The notes below the pieces were generated by a model. That model had not been told where the DNA came from, did not search any database, and saw only the letters and a program-made list of their open reading frames with translations. 64,000 nucleotides of DNA from NCBI GenBank assembly GCA_039815185.1, contig JBCBZT010000032.1:32290-96289 (forward strand), written 5' to 3'. The translations under genes were made by a program, and so were the position numbers. The DNA comes from Cyanobacteria bacterium P01_A01_bin.123 (GTDB lineage Bacteria; Cyanobacteriota; Cyanobacteriia; Phormidesmidales; Phormidesmidaceae). Positions 28,480 through 35,609 of this stretch are shown here, one piece after another (within the stretch, counting starts at the first letter, position 1; the number at the start of each line of letters is the position of its first letter).

Positions 28480-29127
28480 ATGGTATCTACTCAAGCTCAA
28501 AATGGGCCAAATCCAAATGATCCCTATCCTCTGGCGGAACATCCCAGAGTTTGTTTTCTCAAAAGTGTAATTCGTTCGCCCAATATTCAAGTGGGCAACT
28601 ACACCTATTACGATGACCCCAATGGCCCCACGGGGTTTGAGCACAATAACGTGCTGTATAACTATGGGCCAGAGAAGCTGGTGATTGGTAAATTTTGCGC
28701 GATCGCAACCGGAGTCAAATTCATCATGAACGGGGCCAATCATAAACTAGATGGCATCTCCACCTATCCCTTTCCGATTTTGGGCCATGGTTGGGAAGTC
28801 GCGATGGCTCAAATGTTAAACCTACCCAGTCGCGGCGATACCATCGTCGGCAACGATGTGTGGATCGGTCTTGAGTCGGTGATTATGCCGGGAGTGACCA
28901 TTGGCGACGGGGCCGTAATTGCAGCAAAATCCGTTGTGGTTAAAGACGTTGCTCCATACACCATCGTCGGTGGTAACCCTGCCAAGGTAATTAAACAGCG
29001 CTTTAAAGATCCTGCCATTAAACAGCTCCTACAAATTCAGTGGTGGAATTGGACTATCGACAAAATTACCCGCAATCTGGCTTTGATTATGGCCAACGAT
29101 ATCGATGCGCTAGAACGGGCACGCTAA
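28480..29127 (+). CDS. Vat/CatB-type hexapeptide xenobiotic O-acetyltransferase
   Basis: GNYTYYDD, IGKFCAIA, GANH...STYPF, GNDVWIG, VGGNPAK, QWWNW; likely start ATG 28480. Confidence 0.9.
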   Translation: MVSTQAQNGPNPNDPYPLAEHPRVCFLKSVIRSPNIQVGNYTYYDDPNGPTGFEHNNVLYNYGPEKLVIGKFCAIATGVKFIMNGANHKLDGISTYPFPILGHGWEVAMAQMLNLPSRGDTIVGNDVWIGLESVIMPGVTIGDGAVIAAKSVVVKDVAPYTIVGGNPAKVIKQRFKDPAIKQLLQIQWWNWTIDKITRNLALIMANDIDALERAR

Positions 29128-29146
29128 ATCTGTGAAACCTGCGACC

Positions 29147-29698
29147 ATGAGCGACAAACGTCTGATTAAAATCAGCAAATACCTCAGCTACCATCTGCGG
29201 CACCAGCCCAAAGCATTAGGGCTAACCCTGGGCAAAGGCGGTTGGGTGGATGTCACAACTCTACTCAAAGCCGCTGCTGCTGACGGCTTTCCCATTAGTC
29301 CATTAGAGTTGGAAACCGCAGTCGCCACCAACGACAAGCAGCGCTTTGCTTTTGATGACTCGGGTATGCGAATCCGGGCGAACCAGGGTCACAGCACGCC
29401 CATCGATCTCGATCTTGCCCCGCAAATGCCACCCGACTTGCTTTATCACGGCACTGGCGCACAGTTTGTCCCAGCCATTTTAAACACGGGTTTGAAAAAG
29501 ATGGCGCGTCACCATGTGCATTTGTCCGCCGATCCAGAAACTGCCTATAAAGTCGGCAGTCGCCATGGCAAGCCTGTCATTTTGCAAGTCAATACAGCAG
29601 CTATGGTGGAAAGTGGATTTACCTTTTACTGTTCTGCCAATGGGGTGTGGCTCGTTGAGCATGTCCCGCCGGATTACCTGGAGGCGATTCAGCCATGA
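29147..29698 (+). CDS. kptA: RNA 2'-phosphotransferase (Tpt1/KptA)
   Basis: SKYLSYHLRH, NDKQRF, IRANQGHS, LYHGT, RHHVHLS, NGVWL. Confidence 0.95.
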   Translation: MSDKRLIKISKYLSYHLRHQPKALGLTLGKGGWVDVTTLLKAAAADGFPISPLELETAVATNDKQRFAFDDSGMRIRANQGHSTPIDLDLAPQMPPDLLYHGTGAQFVPAILNTGLKKMARHHVHLSADPETAYKVGSRHGKPVILQVNTAAMVESGFTFYCSANGVWLVEHVPPDYLEAIQP

Positions 29699-30879
29699 CT
29701 TACCAACAACTCAAGCTCTCTACTCCAGCGCCAGTGTTGTCTTGGGCCAACCATGACCTGAGTCACCAGGAAACCCAAATGGCCAAAAATGTTGCCTCTT
29801 TGCCCTTTGTATTCAAGCATGTGGCGCTGATGCCTGACGTTCACTTGGGTAAGGGTGCCCTAGTGGGTTCTGTTGTGGCGACTAAAGATGCCATTATGCC
29901 TGCTGCGGTCGGGGTAGATATCGGTTGTGGCATGTGTGCGGTGCAGACGCCTTTCACCGCCAGCCAACTCGATGACAAAAAGCTGAAAAAAATTCGCAAA
30001 GATGTAGAAGCTGCTATCCCTGTTGGCTTTAACCAAAATAAAAATGCTGACAAAACAGTCTATAACTGGCAAGGCTGGAAAGACTTCAAAGCGCTACATT
30101 CTGGGGTACAACACCTGGAGTCAAAGGCACTGATGCAGTTGGGTTCCCTGGGTGGCGGCAACCACTTTATTGAACTCTGCCTCGATACCGACGATCAAGT
30201 GTGGCTGATGCTGCACTCTGGGTCTCGCAACATCGGCAACATGCTGGCGAAAAACCACATCCAAACGGCTAAGGGATTGGCTAAGCTGGCCCAGGCCAAG
30301 CTGCCCGACCCTGATCTGGCCTATTTTGTCGCGGACACTGATGACTTCCAAAGCTACTGGCGTGATTTGCAGTGGGCCCAAGACTATGCCCGCTATAACC
30401 GAGATGTGATGATGGCTCGGTTCAAACGGATTGTCGAAGGCCATTTGGCTGGGGGCAAACCCACTAAGCCGGTACTTTCAGTCAACTGCCACCATAACTA
30501 TGCTGAAAAAGAAGTCCATTTTGGCGAAGAGGTATATGTCACCCGTAAGGGGGCAGTGCGGGCTCAAACCAATGACTACGGCATCATTCCGGGATCCATG
30601 GGGGCGAAGTCTTTCATTGTTAAAGGTAAAGGGCACCACGATAGCTACTGCTCTTGCAGTCATGGGGCGGGGCGATTGATGTCTCGCAGTAAGGCTAAGC
30701 GGCAGTTCAGCGTGGATGATGTGGTTAAGCAAACTGAAGGGATTGAATGCCGTAAGGATGCTGGGGTGATTGATGAAATTCCGGCAGCTTATAAGCCAAT
30801 TGAGGCAGTGATGGCGAGTCAGTCTGATTTGGTACAGGTTGTTGCCACGCTAAAGCAGGTGCTTTGCGTTAAAGGCTAG
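29695..30879 (+). CDS. rtcB: RNA-splicing/repair ligase RtcB
   Basis: MPDVH, VGVDIGCG, GGGNHFIE, HSGSR, HHNY, PGSMG, SHGAGR; ATGA overlap with kptA. Confidence 0.96.
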   Translation: MTYQQLKLSTPAPVLSWANHDLSHQETQMAKNVASLPFVFKHVALMPDVHLGKGALVGSVVATKDAIMPAAVGVDIGCGMCAVQTPFTASQLDDKKLKKIRKDVEAAIPVGFNQNKNADKTVYNWQGWKDFKALHSGVQHLESKALMQLGSLGGGNHFIELCLDTDDQVWLMLHSGSRNIGNMLAKNHIQTAKGLAKLAQAKLPDPDLAYFVADTDDFQSYWRDLQWAQDYARYNRDVMMARFKRIVEGHLAGGKPTKPVLSVNCHHNYAEKEVHFGEEVYVTRKGAVRAQTNDYGIIPGSMGAKSFIVKGKGHHDSYCSCSHGAGRLMSRSKAKRQFSVDDVVKQTEGIECRKDAGVIDEIPAAYKPIEAVMASQSDLVQVVATLKQVLCVKG

Positions 30880-30944
30880 CAATAATATATCTCTATTGAT
30901 GACTTACCATCCCAGTGAAAGAGTGTGGTTGATGGGCAGCTCAT

Positions 30945-31235
30945 CTAGGCATCTAACTTATTCGAGAACTTGAAATCTTGCGGGCATTGAACATCTACCC
31001 ACACCCGATACAATAATGAACAAGGTGAGATGAGTGTGGTGTAATCTTGGCTCAGTTCACAGGCAAATCGATGAGCCTCTTCTGACTTGTTGATTGGGAA
31101 AACCTTGGCAAGCTTTAGAATTGTCTTCTCATACAAGATACCTTCATAGATCGCCCGATCTTCGTAGAAATTAAAAATATTCAGCCTAGAGGCTGGAACA
31201 ACACGCGGAAGGCTCACTAAATTTTCTCTTTGCAA
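30945..31235 (-). CDS. Hypothetical protein (AT-rich)
   Basis: 96-aa ORF downstream of NADAR on the same strand; TTG start. Confidence 0.45.
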   Translation of the reverse strand: MQRENLVSLPRVVPASRLNIFNFYEDRAIYEGILYEKTILKLAKVFPINKSEEAHRFACELSQDYTTLISPCSLLYRVWVDVQCPQDFKFSNKLDA

Positions 31236-31371
31236 AACTCGATTAACCTCAAGATACCCTGGGAACTATAGAGGTTTGCAAGCCTATTAGCTGATGTTTA
31301 TAGGATAAAAGACGGATGAATGCCGGGGCGATATCCTCTTTTTGCAAAAGCTCATCCCCCCTTAATATTTT

Positions 31372-31827
31372 TTAGGTGACGCCCTCGCTGTGTAGGGTTG
31401 TGCGTACAGCTTCTAAGATCTGACCCAGCTTATTCAAACCGCCGCCATTTTTGCCGCAGCCCCAGTAGTAATCACCGGGCGCATTTTCGACGATCGGCTC
31501 ATCTCCAGTGCCCACCAAGATGGCTTGAATCTCGGCATGGGTCTGAAATTTTGTCAGTACGGCTCGATGCATGATGTCATCTTTGACTTGCTCCCAATCA
31601 GCACGGATAGGATAGCGGCGATCGCGCCCCATAGTCGCTGCAAACTTAGGCGTCCGAGCATCGCCGATTTTGTTTGCCCAGTCAGGTGCTGTTTCGATAA
31701 ATTTCTGAGCTTGAAAATAATGTTCAGTTGTAGGCCACCAACGCTCATCCAAGAAAACACCATGACTCGAAAAGTTAGAAAAGCAACCGTAAGGAACTTC
31801 ACGAGCACTATAAAAATAAATCGTCAT
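31372..31827 (-). CDS. NADAR/YbiA family N-glycosidase
   Basis: YGCFSNF, WPTTEHYFQAQKF, DWEQVKDDIM, D.YWG...G.NKLGQIL. Confidence 0.93.
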   Translation of the reverse strand: MTIYFYSAREVPYGCFSNFSSHGVFLDERWWPTTEHYFQAQKFIETAPDWANKIGDARTPKFAATMGRDRRYPIRADWEQVKDDIMHRAVLTKFQTHAEIQAILVGTGDEPIVENAPGDYYWGCGKNGGGLNKLGQILEAVRTTLHSEGVT

Positions 31828-31850
31828 ATCATTAATCCAAAATTACTGAG

Positions 31851-31923
31851 TGAGTCGCCGGGGAATCGAACCCCGAACCGATCGGTTAAAAGCCGATTGC
31901 TCTGCCAATTGAGCTAGCGACTC
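31851..31923 (-). tRNA. tRNA-Lys(UUU), CCA not encoded
   Basis: GAGTCGC-TA-GCTC..GAGC-A-ATCGG-CTTTTAA-CCGAT...CGGGG-TTCGATT-CCCCG-GCGACTC-A folds as a full cloverleaf. Confidence 0.92.
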
Positions 31924-31927
31924 TTGA

Positions 31928-32032
31928 TACTCTCGTTGGGATTTGTTCGCGGAGCGTTTCTGCTAGGAGTTACCATTACCCATCACCTCTAATTTCTAAG
32001 ATCAATGCCGCTTCCAATTGGGCTAAGAGAGC
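31928..32032 (-). pseudogene. Degenerate tRNA-Leu(UAG) with insertion in the T-loop
   Basis: GCTCTCT/CGAGAGT acceptor, GCC..GGC D-stem, CTTAGAA loop; T-stem TGGG...CCCA split by about 30 extra nt. Confidence 0.7.
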
Positions 32033-32080
32033 GTGTTGATACCCGTTACACCATAGGGGATTGGATGCCGAGGCAGGATT
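32033..32080 (-). pseudogene. Two tRNA gene fragments: a 3' half (AATCCTGCCTCGGCATCCA) and a 5' part (TCCCCTATGGTGTAACGG)
   Basis: T-arm/acceptor/CCA remnant at 32062-32080; acceptor + D-arm remnant at 32033-32060. Confidence 0.55.
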
Positions 32081-32103
32081 TTAAAATGCTCAATATTGAG
32101 CAG

Positions 32104-32177
32104 AGTCCAGAGTGGGAGTCGAACCCACGATTTTCGGTTTTGCAGACCGACGCCTTAACCAACTTGGCTATCTGGAC
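32104..32177 (-). tRNA. tRNA-Cys(GCA), CCA not encoded
   Basis: GTCCAGA/TCTGGAC acceptor, TCGGT-CTGCAAA-ACCGA, GTGGG-TTCGACT-CCCAC, U discriminator. Confidence 0.93.
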
Positions 32178-32194
32178 TTGGGTGGAACATTAAA

Positions 32195-32236
32195 TTTTCA
32201 AGGTTCGCAAAAGGGGCGTGTCGCGCCCCTTTTGCG
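32195..32236 (-). promoter_or_regulatory. boxB-like hairpin + boxA-like GAACCTTGAAAA ahead of the tRNA array
   Basis: CGCAAAAGGGGCG/CGCCCCTTTTGCG 13-bp stem at 32206-32236 runs straight into GAACCTTGAAAA. Confidence 0.6.
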
Positions 32237-32269
32237 TTGGTTTAACGACCTTATCTAAGGCAGTGGGCC

Positions 32270-32482
32270 TCAAAAGAAACAACGCCGTTCTAGAGCATGG
32301 ATTAGTTGGAGTTTGCGATAGCGTTCGGCTTGTTCAAGCTGCCATCGATGGCTGGTGTAGATCGGGAGCTGCGATCGCGGTTTGGAAAATTCCTCTTGGT
32401 CGCCTCGCTTAGGTTGCTTCGTCAAGGGAAAAAGGAATTTGAGCGATCTGAGTTTAAGCGGTCGTAGGGTAAGCGTACTCAT
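32270..32482 (-). CDS. Small basic hypothetical protein (70 aa), first cistron of the tRNA operon
   Basis: GAGGTG RBS and ATG 32482 just downstream of a clear promoter. Confidence 0.55.
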   Translation of the reverse strand: MSTLTLRPLKLRSLKFLFPLTKQPKRGDQEEFSKPRSQLPIYTSHRWQLEQAERYRKLQLIHALERRCFF

Positions 32483-32500
32483 GGGTTGCACCTCATTTTG

Positions 32501-32551
32501 CACTACATTAATGCTACAAAAATACTACAAATATGTCAAGAACGTACTACA
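32501..32551 (-). promoter_or_regulatory. Sigma70-type promoter TTGACA-N17-TAGCAT overlapped by four YRCTACA repeats
   Basis: -35 at 32539-32534, -10 at 32516-32511; repeats start at 32501, 32512, 32523 and 32545. Confidence 0.8.
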
Positions 32552-32719
32552 ACTTTTTTGGCAACATATTGGAACGTGGCAATAGGGGAGATTTGAAGGC
32601 TATAGCCAGATTGCTTGTGTGCTGAGCATCCCAGCGCCACCTGGTGCATTAAGCAATCTGGCCAGCGCTATATTTACTGGGGTTCTCCCCTAACGCTTGA
32701 ATCAAACTTGCCTGGGGCA

Positions 32720-33112
32720 CTACCCGTTCGTCCAGTTGCTTAAGGGAATTTGGGTCTCTTGCCACAGCTTGTGAACCCAATACTCTGCAGAGACTGACAA
32801 CACAGCGAGAAAAGTACCTTCGTGGGCATTAGCACCACAGGCCAACCAGCTTCCATAGAGGCTGATTTCCACATAGTCGTCATCGACAGGGGTAATCGTG
32901 AGCCCCAGATGGGATTCTCGCTGCGCGATCGCGCTGAGTTGGTTGAATGCAGACACAGTGGCAGGCAGTAAGAAAGCCGCTTTACCGGGTTCTAGATGTA
33001 GGGTTTGCCCCAATCGCAGGGCCAAGATCGCCCGCTGGGCAATCAGCACTTCGGGATCGACAAATACCCGTTCGGTGTGCAATCCAACGTCGGTATAGGT
33101 GAGTTTGAGCAT
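32720..33112 (-). CDS. Conserved cyanobacterial protein, alr0857-like family
   Basis: MLKLTYT..GLH.ER....E..IAQR.ILALR.GQ.L..EP..A.FLLP pattern; follows HNH; GAGGT RBS. Confidence 0.7.
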   Translation of the reverse strand: MLKLTYTDVGLHTERVFVDPEVLIAQRAILALRLGQTLHLEPGKAAFLLPATVSAFNQLSAIAQRESHLGLTITPVDDDYVEISLYGSWLACGANAHEGTFLAVLSVSAEYWVHKLWQETQIPLSNWTNG

Positions 33113-33123
33113 GGCAGTACCTC

Positions 33124-33193
33124 GTGGAAAGGGGAAAAGGAGGGAGAGGGAGGAGGGAGAGGGAGGAGGGGAGGAAGGCGGAAGAGAGAGGGA
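33124..33193. repeat. Polypurine low-complexity tract (GGGAGA/GGAGG units)
   Basis: Nearly all G/A on the + strand between the HNH and alr0857-like genes. Confidence 0.7.
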
Positions 33194-33279
33194 TTGAGGC
33201 TTCGTCAGGTGTTGGGTGTAAGGCGAAAAGCCCTGCGCTCAGTTCAATGTGTATTACGCGGCCTTTAACCCTCATACCC

Positions 33280-33804
33280 TCAAACCTTTCCCCTGGCGTT
33301 GTTTTGCCAAAACTGTTCTGCAAAGGCAACGGCCGGATGCATGGGAGTTTTGGGTTTTTGTTTGAGGGTGAAGGGGGTATTGTGCAGTAGGCGATCGCTT
33401 TTGAGAGAGTTACACCGTTCACAGGCGGCGACGACGTTGTCCCAGGTATGGGTGCCGCCTTTAGAACGCGGCAGGATGTGATCAATCGTGAGACGTTTCT
33501 TGCTGCCGCAGTATTGGCAGGTATGGTTGTCTCGGCGCAACACTTCCCGACGATTGACCGGGGGAATCTTCCAATGGCGTTTGGGATCCCTGGCTTTGAG
33601 TCGGATGTGCTCTGGCACTTGCAAAATCAAGTTGGGAGATCGCACTTCCCATTGGCGAGTTGCCCCAAAGTCGAGGCCTTCGGCTTGCCCAGTGACGAGC
33701 AAGATAACGGCTCGCTTCAGGGATATATTGGCTAGGGGCAGATAGTTTTTTGAAAAAACAATGACGGTGTTGTGCAGAATGGATGACGTTTGCTGGCGCT
33801 GCAT
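33280..33804 (-). CDS. HNH endonuclease (McrA-like)
   Basis: VLRRDNHTCQYCG...TIDHILPRSKGG.HTWDNVVAACERCN. Confidence 0.93.
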   Translation of the reverse strand: MQRQQTSSILHNTVIVFSKNYLPLANISLKRAVILLVTGQAEGLDFGATRQWEVRSPNLILQVPEHIRLKARDPKRHWKIPPVNRREVLRRDNHTCQYCGSKKRLTIDHILPRSKGGTHTWDNVVAACERCNSLKSDRLLHNTPFTLKQKPKTPMHPAVAFAEQFWQNNARGKV

Positions 33805-33818
33805 AGTGGGTTTCTCCC

Positions 33819-33856
33819 AAAAAAAATCCCCTGCTTCTGAAACTCAGGAGCAGGGG
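33819..33856 (-). terminator. Intrinsic terminator just upstream of HNH (candidate attenuator)
   Basis: CCCCTGCTCCTGA-GTT-TCAGAAGCAGGGG-A-T8, 12/13 bp stem. Confidence 0.85.
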
Positions 33857-33894
33857 CAACATTAGGGGTATGGTTTTCCCTATGTGGGTGCAAG

Positions 33895-34149
33895 TTAGTC
33901 ACTGCAACCCCTGCTCAAAATCGTGGGTTCTAGATTGATCCAGCCTGCGACGCTGGCGATAATATCGGCACTAATCAGCTGTGTGGGTTCCGGTTTAATC
34001 GAGCCGTGGGAAGGCTTGGGAGATAAGGTATTACCTAGATCGCGGCTACCATAGCCAAACCGCATTATCGCATTGCCGAAACCAAAGGCGTTGGCACAAT
34101 GGCTAGGGCAATACATCATACGGATGGTGGTGGAAGATCTGCGAATCAT
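33895..34149 (-). CDS. Putative leader ORF (84 aa) of the HNH operon
   Basis: Lies between a promoter and the terminator; its last codons contain the anti-terminator strand. Confidence 0.5.
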   Translation of the reverse strand: MIRRSSTTIRMMYCPSHCANAFGFGNAIMRFGYGSRDLGNTLSPKPSHGSIKPEPTQLISADIIASVAGWINLEPTILSRGCSD

Positions 34150-34165
34150 GGCGGGGTGTAATTTT

Positions 34166-34217
34166 TGTAGTATTAAGTCAGTGTCTCTATGCTACATGCG
34201 TAGTATGGAGTTGTCTA
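34166..34217 (-). promoter_or_regulatory. Promoter TAGACA-N17-TAGCAT with TGTAGTA/TGCTACA/CGTAGTA operator sites
   Basis: -35 at 34217-34212, -10 at 34194-34189; motifs at 34166, 34190 and 34199. Confidence 0.7.
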
Positions 34218-34338
34218 CCTTTGATGTCGACTCAACCACATCTGAGTTGAAACCTTAATAGGGATACATCAAACCGCGATCGCATTCCAGAAAAAACAAC
34301 TAACTGGCAAAATTCTGTGAAACGACCGGAGGGAGATA

Positions 34339-34743
34339 TTGATTACGTTTTCTGAGCAGCGAGACATTGCCATCGAACAAATCCTTCTTTTATATGAGTC
34401 TAATGGTTGGTCTTCAGCTCAAAAGCCCCAAGTTTTACATCAGGCATTACTCAACTCCCATGGGCTTGTCTCGGCATGGGATGGCGAAAAACTAGTTGGA
34501 ATTGGCAATGCTATTTCGGATGGGTTTCTGGTGGTTTATTATCCCCATCTCTTGATCCATCCAGATTATCAAGGTCAAGGCATTGGCAAACGCATTATGG
34601 AAATCTTGAAGCAGCGATATGCAGGCAGGCATATGCACATGCTGGTTGCCGATCATGACGCGATCGCTTTCTATGAAAAATGCGGGTTCACAAGGGCTGG
34701 CAAAACAGAACCTATGTGGATATATGATGGCGACGATCACTAA
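34339..34743 (+). CDS. GNAT family N-acetyltransferase
   Basis: IHPDYQGQGIGK, AIAFYEKCGF; TTG start with GGAGGGAG RBS. Confidence 0.9.
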   Translation: MITFSEQRDIAIEQILLLYESNGWSSAQKPQVLHQALLNSHGLVSAWDGEKLVGIGNAISDGFLVVYYPHLLIHPDYQGQGIGKRIMEILKQRYAGRHMHMLVADHDAIAFYEKCGFTRAGKTEPMWIYDGDDH

Positions 34744-34760
34744 CTCAGTTCAAATTCAGC

Positions 34761-34796
34761 TTGACAGATTTAGTTGTTTCGATGATTATCGAAACA
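34761..34796 (+). promoter_or_regulatory. Promoter TTGACA-N17-GATTAT overlapped by palindrome TGTTTCGAT-N4-ATCGAAACA
   Basis: -35 at 34761-34766, -10 at 34784-34789; the palindrome (34775-34796) ends on the A of the ATG. Confidence 0.7.
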
Positions 34797-35182
34797 TGGA
34801 AACGAACCCTGCCTCTCAAAAATCCATTGATGACATTGCCGCTGCTTTTGCGGCGTTAGGGCAACCTTCGCGCTTAAAGATTGTGCGACTGCTGTTGTCA
34901 GCCTACCCAAAGGGCCTACCTGCAGGGGAGATTCAAAAGGAGTTGGGCATTGCTGCCCCGACCCTATCTCATCATCTTGACAAGCTGCGCCAAGTTGGCA
35001 TTGTTGTTGCTGAGAAAGACCGGCAGTGGATCTGGTACAACGTCCGCTCAGAAGCGCTGAAGCACCTGATCGACTTTCTGTTTGAGGAATGCTGTACTCG
35101 TAACCGCGTGATTGATATTGAAGACATGGAATTCGCTGATACGCCTGACACAAAGGATAATAATTCTCCATGCTGTGACTAA
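34796..35182 (+). CDS. ArsR family regulator (C-terminal ECC / CC type)
   Basis: FAALGQPSRL.IVRLL...GLPAGEI...TLSHHL, FLFEECC. Confidence 0.9.
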   Translation: METNPASQKSIDDIAAAFAALGQPSRLKIVRLLLSAYPKGLPAGEIQKELGIAAPTLSHHLDKLRQVGIVVAEKDRQWIWYNVRSEALKHLIDFLFEECCTRNRVIDIEDMEFADTPDTKDNNSPCCD

Positions 35183-35204
35183 CTAGCTCTGATTTTGCTT
35201 TTTA

Positions 35205-35230
35205 TTTTGATGTTTATATAAATATCAAAA
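35205..35230. promoter_or_regulatory. AT-rich palindrome TTTTGATGTTTA-TA-TAAATATCAAAA (operator or terminator)
   Basis: Near-perfect inverted repeat between the two ArsR genes. Confidence 0.5.
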
Positions 35231-35309
35231 GACTGGTTCATGGCTACCTTCAATCCCTATGCCATCTTGCGAGTAAACCCTGCTGTGCCTAAACCCAAAG
35301 GGAGGCAAT

Positions 35310-35564
35310 ATGCTGACTGAGTTTTTCAATGTCTTATCTCATCCGGTTCGGATTCAATTGCTCAAAATCCTCTCCACTCAGCAGTCTTGCGTTTGTGGTG
35401 AAGTTCTCGATGTCGGCACCTTCTCGCAGGCCACAATTTTGGGGCATTTGCGAGAACTGAAGCGGGTTGGACTGGTACAGGGAGAGTTGGAAGGAGCGCA
35501 AAGATGTTATCAACTCAATCTTGAGGCCCTTCAGCAGTTCAAGCGCATGGTTAACACGCTTTAA
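35310..35564 (+). CDS. Short ArsR family regulator (SCVCGE)
   Basis: LSHPVRIQLL...CVCGE...SQAT..GHLRELK..GLVQG; GGGAGG RBS. Confidence 0.8.
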   Translation: MLTEFFNVLSHPVRIQLLKILSTQQSCVCGEVLDVGTFSQATILGHLRELKRVGLVQGELEGAQRCYQLNLEALQQFKRMVNTL

Positions 35565-35609
35565 CCCAGTGCAATTTTCAGTCAACGATTTGTCTTCAAA
35601 GGAGCGTCT

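Noticed and set aside
31525..32585. Plus-strand ORFs overlapping NADAR, the tRNAs and their promoter
   Set aside because: Antisense to well-supported minus-strand features
32982..33485. 167-aa minus-strand ORF bridging HNH and the alr0857-like gene
   Set aside because: Alternative frame running through a low-complexity tract; overlaps two better genes
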